From NCBI RefSeq assembly GCF_027921745.1, contig NC_079238.1, positions 2,852,001 to 2,916,000 of the forward strand: a stretch of DNA of 64,000 bases. Direction: 5' to 3'. Made by a program: the position numbers and the translations under genes. The notes beneath the pieces were generated by a model. It saw only the letters and a program-made list of their open reading frames with translations, did no database searches and was not told the DNA's origin. This stretch comes from Schizosaccharomyces osmophilus (taxonomy: Eukaryota). Of the stretch, positions 23,562 to 36,200 are shown piece by piece. Each line of letters starts with the position of its first letter. The first letter of the stretch is position 1.

Positions 23562-24902
23562 ATGAATCCATACGAGCCCGTAGAGGGATTGTATGTGAAT
23601 GCTAAACAATATCATCGTATTCTGAAAAGGCGAGAAGCCCGTGCTCGTCTGGAGGAGCGTTTGCGTGGATTGCAAACAACGAAAAAGCCATATCTACATG
23701 AGTCAAGACACAAACATGCGATGAGACGTCCCCGTGGCCCCGGTGGACGATTCTTGACGGCGGAAAAAGTTTCGCAGCTAAAGGCGCAAGAAGCATTGGA
23801 AGCAGGAAAATCAGAAAGCCCTAGTGGTTCCGAAAGTCGTGGCTTGATGGACACACTCGATTCAACCCCTACAGGTGCTACAAGCAACGAATTTCTAACC
23901 ACCAACGAGACTGGCGATGACAGTCCTTCTACTCTTTCCTCGCAAGTCCCTATCAATACTGCTGGCGGCTCGGCAGGGTTGGATATAACACGTTCTAAGG
24001 AAGAGACTCAACAGAATCCTTCGATTTTTGGTGGTGCTTCAACTGCGAATTCGAATCTTCATCCCATTTCTGCCAATCCAAATACTAATGCTCATACTCA
24101 TTCTGGTGCCCTAGATCCGAAACGAAATAGTGCTACCTCATCTGCTGCTCTTCCCGCCCATGCGTCTACTGGCCCTACAAGCATTGGTCATTCTGGTAAC
24201 TCTGTGAATCCTCAGATTCATACTCCTTCTGCAATTACCAACAGTAAGCATCATCGACAACCCGACCCTTCGTCGAATGCTTCTACTTTGTCTGGCAATG
24301 AAAATTTACAACTTCGGACGGCTAATCCCTCCACTGTTTCCGATTCTCTTTCCGTAAATGGTTCCGGTGTAGATCTCAATTTGTCGAATCCAATGGTCTT
24401 ACAACTGGATCCTTCAAATCTGTTGCATGCTCCTCCTTCCAACCAAAACTCACCTCGTTCACCCTTCTTCCCTTCCTCAACTACCGCTGAAGGTAGTAGA
24501 CCTTCGCCATCCGTCGCTAATCATCACCATACTACCGTCAGCAATCCCGATTACCGAAGCCTACCTACTACAACCCATCCTAACGATGTTTTTCACAGAA
24601 ACGCTACTCAAACTTACCACACTACTCCTAGTTCCGAATTGACCGGACCAAATGGCGATTCATTTGCAGATTTAGATGTATACCAAACAGATGATCCTGT
24701 AACGAATAGTCTTATTCAATCTCACAATCCCATGGGCCCAATTGGAGATTTAAGCGACCCAAGCGCCGCCCATGGCTCCGGGATTCCAAACTTGAGCAGT
24801 CATCATATGGGTCATCTTAATTTAACAGACAATGACCAAAATTCTATAATTATTGATCAGCAACCATACACTTCCCATGATTCCGCCAATGCTCATCCCT
24901 AA
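23562..24902 (+). CDS. php2: CCAAT-binding factor subunit (NF-YA/Hap2)
   Basis: LYVNAKQYHRILKRR..KPYLHESRHKHAMRRPRGPGGRFL at the N-terminus; long S/T/P/N/H-rich tail. Confidence 0.95.
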   Translation: MNPYEPVEGLYVNAKQYHRILKRREARARLEERLRGLQTTKKPYLHESRHKHAMRRPRGPGGRFLTAEKVSQLKAQEALEAGKSESPSGSESRGLMDTLDSTPTGATSNEFLTTNETGDDSPSTLSSQVPINTAGGSAGLDITRSKEETQQNPSIFGGASTANSNLHPISANPNTNAHTHSGALDPKRNSATSSAALPAHASTGPTSIGHSGNSVNPQIHTPSAITNSKHHRQPDPSSNASTLSGNENLQLRTANPSTVSDSLSVNGSGVDLNLSNPMVLQLDPSNLLHAPPSNQNSPRSPFFPSSTTAEGSRPSPSVANHHHTTVSNPDYRSLPTTTHPNDVFHRNATQTYHTTPSSELTGPNGDSFADLDVYQTDDPVTNSLIQSHNPMGPIGDLSDPSAAHGSGIPNLSSHHMGHLNLTDNDQNSIIIDQQPYTSHDSANAHP

Positions 24903-25648
24903 AATGCTTGACGGTCAATGGTTTTTTTTTGGCATATTCCTTTCGTTGTTTTGACCCCTTCTTTCATAAACTATTGAAAAATACCCCCACTTTCTTAGAT
25001 CTTAGCAAAACCGTTCTCCGAACGACAGAAAAGAACAAGAGACCTTATAAAAAACTGCATGCTAGCAAGGCTAGTAATGATACGAGTAAATTCACCATAT
25101 AAATCAATTCGTCGCATCCTCAGAGAATGAGCACGGCGGTTCACTGTTTCTATATCGTTTCATTAAACTTTCATACTTACCAAATAACCAGCATATCCCA
25201 ACCAAGCTAGGTAAGGAATAAGTATCTTGGATGCAGTTGGAGCGATCGGCCACCATGTCTTGACCAGCCAGCCTACCATACCCGTCAATGCTCCAATGTT
25301 GACGAGGGCGAGTTTTGGTTTCCCGTACAAGAAGAGTGGCATCCACGCAACATTAAGCGCCAATTGGGTTAGATACAAAGCCGCACCTTTGCGACCGGCA
25401 TTGGTAATCAGCAGGGGATCCGCTCGGTAAGCCAAATGCGAGGCATAACCCATAGCAAAATATAAAGCTGTCCAAACGGGGCCAAAAAGGTAAGCGGGTG
25501 GGTGAAATCTTGGCTTCCTGCTTTTATTATAGATGTCAACGCTCTTTTTATTGACGCTCGCCGTTAACCATCCGAATGCAGTAGGCACAAGACCGGCGGT
25601 CCACCAGGTTTGCGAAATGCTCGTAAAAATTTTATAATTCAAGTCCAT
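24817..25648 (-). CDS. TspO/MBR translocator protein (2 exons; last exon inside php2)
   Basis: Exon 25648-25181 (KPRFHPP..FGPVWTALY..QLALNVAWMPLF..PYLAWLGYAGYL), intron 25180-24844 (GTAAGT..GCTGAT..TATAG), exon 24843-24817 NFGHCLLN*. Confidence 0.85.
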
Positions 25649-26483
25649 AATCGTGTACTTTATTAAACTAATTCTTTGGTTAATCCACTGCGGGTGATCG
25701 AACCATCTCTGTAGAAGGAGAATCCAAATGCATCTATTACATACCAATGAATTCGTTATAAAATGTCGTTACAAATGAATTGATTTCTTGATGTTTGCAG
25801 AAGGTATCTTTCCCAAGCACCTGAAGGATGTTATATAAATAACAATTCAGCTAAAGTTTCACCATTGCGTCATAAACGCACAATGATTTCAAAGCAAACA
25901 TGGCAAGTAAAAAAAAATGGAAAGGGAATGTATAACATAGGCATGACTATAATAGTAACCCTGTGTTAAATATATAGTGCTGGTTTATAGAAGAATGAAA
26001 GGAAGCATGTTCGAAGCTTTGATTTGCCTTGCCCCAACCAACCTTTGAGATTTCGAGCGGCTTGTCATGATACAATTGACTGAATCCAACGTATGCATTA
26101 TGAAAAGGAATATTATTCTTCAAATACTCTTCCTCATTCCCACAGGAGAGAACAACTTTGATGGGAACAATTGGCCGACAAAGTGTCTATCGAAATTGGC
26201 AAAGTAATTGAAAATATCAGATACCGACATGCACAAAAGTGTTCATAAGAGATGTACGATCATGAGAGGAGCAAGTCTTCTTTCTGTTTTGAAAATTTAA
26301 ATGATCGTTTCCTCACAATTTCGATCCTTTTTGTTTGTTTACCACTGAATGAGAGGACGACTTCGTTAAAGTAGATATCGCAGGGAAACCAACATGTGAA
26401 ATCAGAGGAGGTGACATTGGAAGTAGCAAAGGTCTAATCAAATGGAACCAGTGGTTTCAATGCTTCCACTTCCACATTCCAGG

Positions 26484-27319
26484 ATGAGTTGGCATGGATT
26501 CAAAAAAGCCGTCAACCGGGCTGGTACCTCGGTAGGTAACTGTTGGAATATAAATGTCTAACGAATTTTTCCTAGGTGATGATGAAAACTGGTCATGTTG
26601 AACGTACCGTGGACCGTGAATTTGAAACAGAAGAACGACGCTACCGCACTATGGAAACTGCGGCTAAAAAGCTACAAAAAGAAGCTAAGGGTTATTTGGA
26701 TGCACTTCGTGCCATGACAGCTTCCCAAACGAGAATTGCTAACACAATTGATGCCTTTTATGGAGACGCCGGTTCCAAAGACGGTGTAAGCGCTTACTAT
26801 CGGCAAGTAGTCGAAGATTTGGATGCAGACACCGTCAAAGAGCTTGATGGTCCTTTCCGTACTACTGTCTTGGAACCTATTTCAAGGTTCTGTAGCTATT
26901 TCCCTGACATCAACGCTGCCATCACCAAACGAAATCATAAATTGCTCGACCATGATGCTATGCGTGCCAAAGTTCAAAAGCTGGTTGATAAGCCTTCTAG
27001 TGATCCTTCAAAGCTTCCCCGAACGGAGAAAGATGCAGCTACTGCGAAGGACATATACGAAACTCTTAATAATCAACTCACCACCGAATTACCACAACTG
27101 ATTAGTCTTCGTGTTCCTTACCTTGACCCAAGCTTTGAAGCCTTGGTCAAAATTCAGCTGCGCTTCTGTCGCGAAGGCTATGAAAAAATGGCTCAAGTTC
27201 AGCAGTACTTTGACAGCTCAGTCCGTGAAGACTACTCGAATGGAATGCTTGATGACAAAGTGGAACAGGTTCTCCAGAGCATGCGTGATCTTTCTATCAG
27301 TGGTCTAAGCAATAATTAA
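26484..27319 (+). CDS. hob3: BAR-domain protein (Rvs161/BIN3 family)
   Basis: Exon 26484-26531 MSWHGFKKAVNRAGTS, intron 26532-26575, then a BAR domain (YLDPSFEALVKIQ). Confidence 0.95.
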
Positions 27320-27921
27320 TGTTTTTATTACCTTTTTTCCATATTCCTTTGTCTTTTTTTTTGGTTCCATATATCCTTGTACGTCTTCGCATATGCCGGT
27401 AGTTTTAAAAACCTGTTACGATTTGAAATCTGCCTTGATTTCCCAAACTTTGTCTTCGAATATTGTTATGAGCAGGATATTTTTCCATCATTAAAGAATG
27501 CACTCAATTTATGTCTTTGCGACACTCCTTTTTGGTGATAAAAGTTGAATATTCAGTTTATTATTTATTTATCACATAAATTTTCACGAGTGCTTCTAAT
27601 GACTTTTATTTCCTTCTTTTTCTTAATCCTCAGATGTAGAGACATTGCTTGGCCTCTTTTTTACGCACGATTGAGTCTATGATTTGGTATTTACGTTTTA
27701 ACGCTAAAGGCTTGCATAATCAATCCTTACTGTATTAATAGTTCAATTTTTACTTAGGAAGCTCGTGTATGTGGTTTTTTTATTATTATTTTCATCTTTA
27801 CCTATTAGTAAAGCATATAAACAAAATTCCATTACTGCTTTTTACTTCTCCCTTAGCATAACGATGTTAAACTCTGAGGCAGTCATTATGTATCTAAGTT
27901 CTTTACTCAAACCCAATTTAC

Positions 27922-29894
27922 TCAGTAATCCAATTCAGGAATTTTTTGTGTAGGAGCATCCAAATCCCGGTAATCTTTGTATTGATCACGACGTTCCGAA
28001 TATGTATCTTGTCGATGATATGGCTTTTGAGATGAGGTATGCTGTAAATCCTCAAACTCAGGACCATTTCTTTTTCGATCATAAGAGTTACCAGGATACG
28101 AGATAGAATAATTTTTGTTTGCAAGGTACTGAGCAGCATGAGAAGGACTTACTACCTTGGGATCCATAACCCTTCCTGGATCCAAGACGTAATTCCGCAA
28201 ACAAATAGCTATCTTTTTCACATGATCTAACCATTCCGGATGCTTTTTGGTAATATGTTTTATAACAAATTTAGGACCCAAAAACAGTTTAGTACAGGCT
28301 CCTACGTGGCAACGGTACTTTTGCTCGTCCTCTCTAAGAATTACCGAATCAATTTCGGAATTTACAAAGCTATCCACTGGTAGTGAACCTTTGGATTTTA
28401 AGTCGACAGATTCGGGATCAAGCAAACATGCGTAGTCATTCTCTAAATTCGAAAACCAAACTGTTTCTTCCTGAGAGACTTCATTGTTGTCATCATAAGG
28501 TTTCCTTGAGTATCCAGCAGGATTATCTTGCAATAAAGCGATTAGACTTGAGTAATTCCTGCACGTCCAAAAATCGAATGTAGCCACTTGACGAAGATAC
28601 TCCACAAGTATATCACACAACTGAACGTTGTGTATACGTTCTTTTTCTATTTCATCCTCTGTGTCTACCGGAACGGAAAAAACTTTATCTTGTAGTTTTT
28701 CAGATATATCCTGCGGTAAGTTGTACATGACAACAAATCTATTCATTGTTTTATACAGAATACTCAAAATTTTTTTGCTTGCATCGTTGGAAGAGGAGAT
28801 AGAAGGAAGAGAAGCCGGGACACAGTTTCTTGGGAATTTCGGACTTTCGGTTTCTATTGTATAATTCGAGGCTAATTGAACACCGTCAAGGATTTCTTTT
28901 GCCCCTTCAATCGCGACGTCTGGCTTTAGATGAACCCAAACAGAGCGTTCGTAGTCCTTTGTAAATTTCATGCGCGAAACTGAGAAATAGTCAATAATGT
29001 CAATATTGTCAAACACTTGGTGCATGTTAGCCATTGAGATGCTTGGCAACACGTGTCGAATTAACAAGGTCCTATCTTTTGCTGATTCCCTAGAGTCCAT
29101 TAAATATTTGAAGTATGGAACCTCCTTTACGAGCGAATCCATATCCGGATTAGTTTCGCTACTCAAGTTTTTTACCTCAGTAGGTATATCCTGGTCATTT
29201 GGTAGCTTGAAAGCATCATAATATCCATTTTCAAACTTTTCTAAAAATATGTTATGCATAGATAGTCGGTATGATTTTTCTTTCTCCGAGATTTCACGCA
29301 ATCGACCCTGAGATTCGTCAAACCAATAAGTGTCTTCAAACCATGCTTCATCGCAGTGATCCAGCACAAAACTTTTAGCAGTTCTAGCATACAGGTCCTG
29401 TTTATAGCTATTGTAAGTACCGTGTAAAGATTTGTACAAATCCTCTGTCGTAGAAGAAATCAAATTCTCTTGGCTATACCAACGAATAAAACGCTCATAG
29501 GATATAACAGCTTCTTGGCTATATGGGTCATTGATACTATCAGTTGTTAATTTGACTTTGAAAAGAGCTTGCATCATCACGTACCTTCTTGAGGATGAAT
29601 AATGAGCCCCAGAAACTGCATTTGTTTAGTTAGTTCCTAATCCAAAACGACAATTCAGGTCATACCTCGAGGTCTTTTATCGTAATGCTCGTCTCTGTAC
29701 GAATCTCTTCCGCTTATGGGCGACCTCTCTCTGTAGGACCCAGCACCATTGTCATACGGAGGGCTCTGTGATCTTTTTCGAATTTTATCTAATATATTAG
29801 TTTATAAGTACCAGATAATTGAATCTTCAAGAAATAGCGTACCTCTTCTGAATCGACTAGTCTCTCGATTATCTGTCTGTTCAATATCGCTCAT
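27922..29894 (-). CDS. pir2: ARS2/SERRATE family protein
   Basis: Introns 29842-29789, 29665-29616 and probably 29584-29537. DUF3546-like FVLDHCDEAWFEDTY, C2H2 finger YRCHVGACTKLF..HITKKH, C-terminal YKDYRDLDAP. Confidence 0.88.
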
Positions 29895-30239
29895 CCTTGA
29901 GTTTTTACTTCAATGAAAGCTTCAGAATAAAAATTCGTTTATTCTACGTTAAAATACACAAAAATTACACTCTTTAGCCCAAGACAAGTGTCGAGTAGAT
30001 GTAGACGCGTTGTCAAATAATTTGCTCGGTGAGAAGATGAGTGACACTGCTATGCTTTCCTTACAGATATTTTGAAATGCACTTATGAACTGTTGAAATG
30101 TGGAAATAGGAAATAAATATATAAATAGTAACTATTTTTGATATGCCTTATTTTTGTTGTTTCTTTTAAGAAAGAAAACATAGCAAAAAGAACCATTTCT
30201 AGTAAGTAATCTTCTATTGAAAACGAACGTAAAATGTTC

Positions 30240-32087
30240 TTAATAGTATTCGTCCTCTCCTGTAAAGGATTCTATTTTATTTCTTAGTTCGCTCGTACTA
30301 GATCCCGGTTTTGCCAGTGAAGCCAAGCTCATGCTTTGGTATCCCACGAGTAGTACCTTCCGTAGCATATCCCAGAGTTCAGTGCTAGATTCACAGCGAG
30401 TTAACACTCCATGTTTGTCTTGAACAATATCAACTGCATCTAAGATATGTTCTGCTGCTTCCTCATAACAACTCATATTTATACATGATATGGAAAGGTT
30501 GGACCGTGTGCGAACATACTGAGGCTGTAGCTCCAACGAACGCTTGTAAGCTTGTAATGCCTTTCCTTCTTGATTTGAATTTGTTAACGAGGCTCCCAAT
30601 TTATTCCACAAAACACAGTTTCTGGGATCGCTTTGGGCCGCTTTCTGAAAGCAATCAGCCGCTTTTGAGAAATCCTCCAAAAGATACATGGTAATTCCCA
30701 ATCCGGTCTGAGCCTTGTCATCAGCTTTCTTGGATGTTAATAATAAATATATCAAGTCAAGAAAGCAAGCTTGAACAGCTTTTGTATTATCAGGAGCTTT
30801 CAATCTTTCAAACTTGTGCTCTATACTGGAAAAACGGCTAGAATATTCAGGATGAGACGTATAAAGCCAGTCGCGCAAACATGCTAAAGCATTTTCTCGC
30901 AAACCCTGGTTTACATATGCTACTGCCAAATCCATTTCAGTGTTGGCTTGATTAGAACCCAAATTTTTCGTTTCTATTAAAGATTCGACAACTCGGCTTT
31001 CGTTGCCTAGCAAGGTATGAACATATGCAAGAGACTGCCAAGTTTCTAAATGTGAAGGATTTTGCAAAATAGATTTTTCAAGTAAAACTGCGGCTTCGCA
31101 AATTGAACCGTTGTTCTTTATTAACATTTGAGCTTTCTCATAAACATTCTCTAGAAAGGGAAGTGTTTCTATTTTTTTTAAATTGGAGTCAAATTGTTCG
31201 TCACTAAATACGTCCTCTTTTGCGAGATCATCTTCCTTGTTTATATTTGTATACGAAACTTCCGGTATATCCGTTCCCTGCGTATTTGTAGCTTGTGAGG
31301 AAGCATACTGGTTTGACGTACTTTCGTCATTTGTAAAATTATTCAGCTGTTCGTTTTTCTCAGTTAAGTAAGGAAATCTTACCTTTGCTTCTGCATACAA
31401 CTCTTCCCAGCGTGCTTGATAATCTTCAAGTGACTTCGGATCAAGGCCATTTGCTCGTAGAGTGGTCAACCTGTCTGTCCACAGCTGTTCCAAGGTCAAT
31501 GGCGCTTGAGAGGGTTGTTTAAGCTTCTCATTCTCTGAATTGATCAATTGTAAGGACGCGTTATTAAATTGTTCCATGAACTCGTTTTCATCGACTTGAG
31601 CAGTTTCCAAAGTAGATTGAGTTGAGGGTGCAAACAAAGGCAAATGAGGCGATGAAAAAGGAATCGGCACGGTATCTACCAGTTCATTTCTTGGCTTTAT
31701 GGCATCACTATTGACTCCGGACGGTAGCTGCTGATGAAATTCAGAACACCATTGTGCTTCGGAGTTTTGACTTTGTCGATTTTTATAGGCTGAAAACTCT
31801 TCAGACAAATCTGAATTTAGAGCCAAAGGAGAACTCTTTGCGGTATCATTAAATCGTGAAAAATGCTGATTTTGATTAGATGACTGACTGAAATCTTTCC
31901 AACGTTGAAATGCAGAGGACTCCGAAGATGCAAAACTAGGAGCCGCAACAGTAGAGGGATGAAGCGAGTTGCTTAGAGCTTTGGGATGATAAGCCTTTGA
32001 TTTTAAAGCCCCATCGTGTACGGACAAGTTCAGTTTTCGAACCGGATTTTGCGTTGCTGAACATCCAGGTTGAGAGGAAAACGACAT
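30240..32087 (-). CDS. pex5: PTS1 peroxisomal import receptor
   Basis: N-terminal Cys motif (GCSATQNP), WxxxF motifs (WCSEF), TPR repeats (LWNKLGASLTN..YVRTRSNL). Confidence 0.92.
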   Translation of the reverse strand: MSFSSQPGCSATQNPVRKLNLSVHDGALKSKAYHPKALSNSLHPSTVAAPSFASSESSAFQRWKDFSQSSNQNQHFSRFNDTAKSSPLALNSDLSEEFSAYKNRQSQNSEAQWCSEFHQQLPSGVNSDAIKPRNELVDTVPIPFSSPHLPLFAPSTQSTLETAQVDENEFMEQFNNASLQLINSENEKLKQPSQAPLTLEQLWTDRLTTLRANGLDPKSLEDYQARWEELYAEAKVRFPYLTEKNEQLNNFTNDESTSNQYASSQATNTQGTDIPEVSYTNINKEDDLAKEDVFSDEQFDSNLKKIETLPFLENVYEKAQMLIKNNGSICEAAVLLEKSILQNPSHLETWQSLAYVHTLLGNESRVVESLIETKNLGSNQANTEMDLAVAYVNQGLRENALACLRDWLYTSHPEYSSRFSSIEHKFERLKAPDNTKAVQACFLDLIYLLLTSKKADDKAQTGLGITMYLLEDFSKAADCFQKAAQSDPRNCVLWNKLGASLTNSNQEGKALQAYKRSLELQPQYVRTRSNLSISCINMSCYEEAAEHILDAVDIVQDKHGVLTRCESSTELWDMLRKVLLVGYQSMSLASLAKPGSSTSELRNKIESFTGEDEYY

Positions 32088-33229
32088 GCTCGTACAAACT
32101 ATAGAATATCAAAAATTATGTTGAGACGAAAAGTACTTAACCAGAAAGGTGTTTTGGCAAGAGACAGAAAGGCCTACAGATTACCCAAAAAATGGTTTGC
32201 AAAAAGCTACGTTTCCGGAACCTTTTCAATAAAGACGAGTCAATTAGTGTATTATAAAGAAGTCCAACAGATACGAATTGAAATCAGGGAATAACAGCAA
32301 TTTGTTGGAGAATGCCACAGAACGCCGAGTCCTTTCGCAATTTACTCTTTTCAATAAATAGATAAATAAATTTGTTCAAAGTTACTTTCCACAATGTTTA
32401 AAACTGACAATTTCCCATTTTTTTACTAGGCTCTTTTGTTTGCTGGTAGTGTGTTGGAGATGTGGGATATTTGGTACTACACAATCAAACTCAATATGGA
32501 AATCAGGGAAGTCAAAATTATGAGGGTAAAGAATAAAGAAAATATATTATTTAATACCTTTTTTTAAAGGAAATAGCTAGCACTGGGTAATGATTTTAAT
32601 TTTAAAAGCTTCTTTATACTTGGGCATACTCTTCTTTGGTTATGTTTTACTATGCTAAGAGATCAAGATCCATAACAAAATGAATTTCATGGTGATTGAT
32701 GAATTCTCTCCGAAAGTCAGAAATCTGTTAAATATAGAATAAAAATTGACATATAAAAGTATTATGCTAGTCATATCAATAGTAAGATGTCATAAACATG
32801 AAACAAACATTATCTCAGTGCTCGCTTTAAAAAACTTAATAGCTCATGAAATCACTGACAGTTAATGGCGATACGTTGGGTGCAATCTGGTTGAGTCATT
32901 ACTTCTAAGGATGAGGAAACATTGAAAGCATTATAGAAAATCGAAACATTAAAACATTTCCGGAACCTCACTATTGACGCCAATTGAAGAAGTTAGTAAA
33001 ATTTCGGATTTTTTCATATTCTCTAATTCATATACGGGCTTCATATAACATCGATCTGTTTATCCACTTCATTGTACTTTAATATTCGAAATTACTTTAG
33101 CCCATAAGAGGACGAAGGATTTGATTAAGCCAAAAGGATGTTTTGCTTTTCCTTTAGACAAGAAAGGGATTCAGTATTTATTAATTGTCAAATTTCCAGA
33201 ACCCATTTTTACACTTCAAGTAAATATCC

Positions 33230-36200
33230 ATGACTGTGCCAGAGGAAATGAAAAAAATCCTTCTTCATGAGTTATTACTCAACATCGAAATCAATTCCGA
33301 AGGTGATGTACGATATGCCAACTCTGCTTTCTACAGATTTATAGGAAAAACAATAAGTGATCCCTTGCTACAACCGCCTTGTAACTTTTATGATTGTATC
33401 ACGAAAACGAGCGTTCCTAGAGTCCAACGCGCAATTCAAATGCTTTTTAATGGATCTACTAAAATCACGCATTTTCAAACTTCGCTTCTATGCAGCACTA
33501 ACATGGCCCCTACTATGTTTATGAATAGCAAAGATTATGAGATATCACCAGACCAGGAAAAAATCGGAGTGAAGCTTGCTTTCCGAGGAATCCTCGTGGA
33601 TGCTTTAGAAGGTAAAGAATCTAGAATCCTATGGTCTGCCAAATGCTTATATCCAGAACGTTATCATATAAGTCATATGGACTTTGTTTTATTCAACACC
33701 CTTGGCATCGGCTCTTTTGTCTTACAGAATTATGTAGAAAGAGCCCATAAAGTTAAATATATGCACTCTCCTCCTCCTGTTTCTCACTTATGTTACTTTT
33801 GTGAAAGAAGAATCCCCGATTGGTATTATGAAGTACATACCGATTCTTGTTTGGTATGGAGCGAACTCGTCCAAATTGTATTGGATATACGGAAGCAAAT
33901 TCAAATAAAGAAGGTAGAGCTGCTCAAGTACAGTCAGTTGCTTCCTCGTGCCACTAGTGTAATTAGTGAGGAGACATACTTAACGTTGCCAATTATTTCA
34001 GTTCTGCAGACAAAGTCTGGCAAATATAAACGTTTCCGTTTAAAATCCTGGCATTCCTGTATTAAATTCTTGGATCGTCAACTGATTGCAGCTGAGCAAA
34101 CGTTTGAAGAACTGGGAAAAAGCACCTTTTTAGTCATCTCTAAAGAGTTGGCTATTGAAATGAAAGAAAAAGTTATGAAAAAGGCCCTTTTACTTTGGAA
34201 ATTTGACTTTTTGTCCCCCTGTAAAATTCAAAGCTTTTTTCACGAAGTGCATTCTTTGCTTACTTTGAGTCTCAAATATAATCTTAAGCTTTGCAATCAT
34301 AACATGATACACGGAATAACTTTTCAAGAAGTGAAGCATTTCCTGCTTAGGTACTTGAGAAACTATTTGTGCTTAAATTTGAACAGTATTGATTATGAAA
34401 TATTTTCCGGTGATACAAAGCTGATTACAACGATTCACAATCAATCACATCGACAAGGCTATAGAGACCCGAATCTTTCTAAGGTTGACTTGATTTTATC
34501 AGAATCACGGGTGATACCTGACCAACTTCCTCAATTCAATACGAATAATAACCTAGTTCGTCCCAGTTACGGAAAAAATGGAAGATATTACCATTCTTTT
34601 GACGACAGTGACAAATTGAAGGAGATCATCCTGAAAAACCTTAACAAAAAGCTAGCAAGCAAACCAAGGAAAAATTCCTTGGACGATCAAGAAACGCACT
34701 CAATTCGCAATTATCAGGAGCTCGTTGAACAACTTTATTTTCCCATTATAGACAACACGACTTCTGCTTTGCGTCTTCCTAAATATAAGGATCTAAAGTT
34801 CGGAGACAAAACACCAAGATCACTAAAAGAATTCACCTTCGTAAAAGAAATAAATAGAGGCGCATCTAGTAGGGTTTATTTGGTAAAAAAAAATTCCACT
34901 GGAATTTACTATGCACTGAAAGCCATTCCGAAGTCAGGTCTGAATGATATCGACAAGTTGAAAGGGCTTATGTACGAAAAAGCTAATATGGAAATCCAAA
35001 AGTACGGATCAAGGATTGTCAAAATATACTATGCATTTGAATCGGAGGGATTCTTTTGCTTGGTTATGGATTTCTTCAACGGTGGTGACTGTCAGACTTT
35101 GGTTGAAAAACTTGGATCGCTACCAGAACAATGGGTTCAGAAATATGTAGCCGAACTATTGGAAGCTGTCGAAATTCTTCATAGATTGGACATTATTCAT
35201 CGTGATATTAAGCCGGCGAATATGCTCATAGACCACAATGGGCATATTCGTTTGGCAGACCTTGGACTGAGTGATAACAAGGACAGAAGAATTGACGGAG
35301 ATACATTTTATCAAGAAAAGATAAACCAACTAAAAGAGATACCTCATGAAGGAGCAAGAAAGCAACTAATAGAAGTCCTTAACGATCAAGCTAGAAATGA
35401 AATAGATTTAACGAAGAGGAAGACAAATGAAGAAGAATTTGATCCTTTTCAACGGCTGATAGATGTCGATTTCGGTAATTTAAACAGAGCCATGTCACAG
35501 GTATTTCGAGCACGTCTGAAAGTGAACTTCCCAGGAGAACTAAAAAGCGGAAAAAGCATCATTGGTACTCCTAATTATATGGCGCCTGAAGTTCTTTCGG
35601 GAATGGAAAGTCCAATGAGCGACATGTGGGCCATAGGATGTGTATTATTTGAAATGCTGACTGGGAAAATACCATTTCAATCAAATACTATCCAAGGTGT
35701 ATGGGACCGTATCCAACGAAACGACGTCGGTTGGGCAAACGATAGCGATGAGCAGCATTCATCAGAAGCTATAGATCTTACAAAGAAGCTACTGGAATCA
35801 AATCCAGAAAGAAGATTAAGTATAAATGGATTTTCGGAAATAAAGTGCCATCCATTCTTTAACGGCATAGACTGGGATCACTTATATGACGAAAAGGGGC
35901 CTTTTGTTCCAAAAACAGATAACATCGAAGATTTAATTTACTTCGAGCGAAGCAATTCCACATCGTTCATCAAGGACCGAATGACGACGAGAAGTCATTA
36001 TCAAACTAACTTGAATTCGAGTGACCTAGTGCGGAATCATATTGAGCAACACCATATAATTCGTGATTCCTGTACAGGTTTAGAATATGACAGTCAAAAT
36101 ACATATAATGACATAGTTGAGCTGGCTATTCAAGCCTCTTCAGGAATGAATTTGAAAGCCCTTAACTTCTCCAACAAAAATGTACTTTGGGAAATATCTG

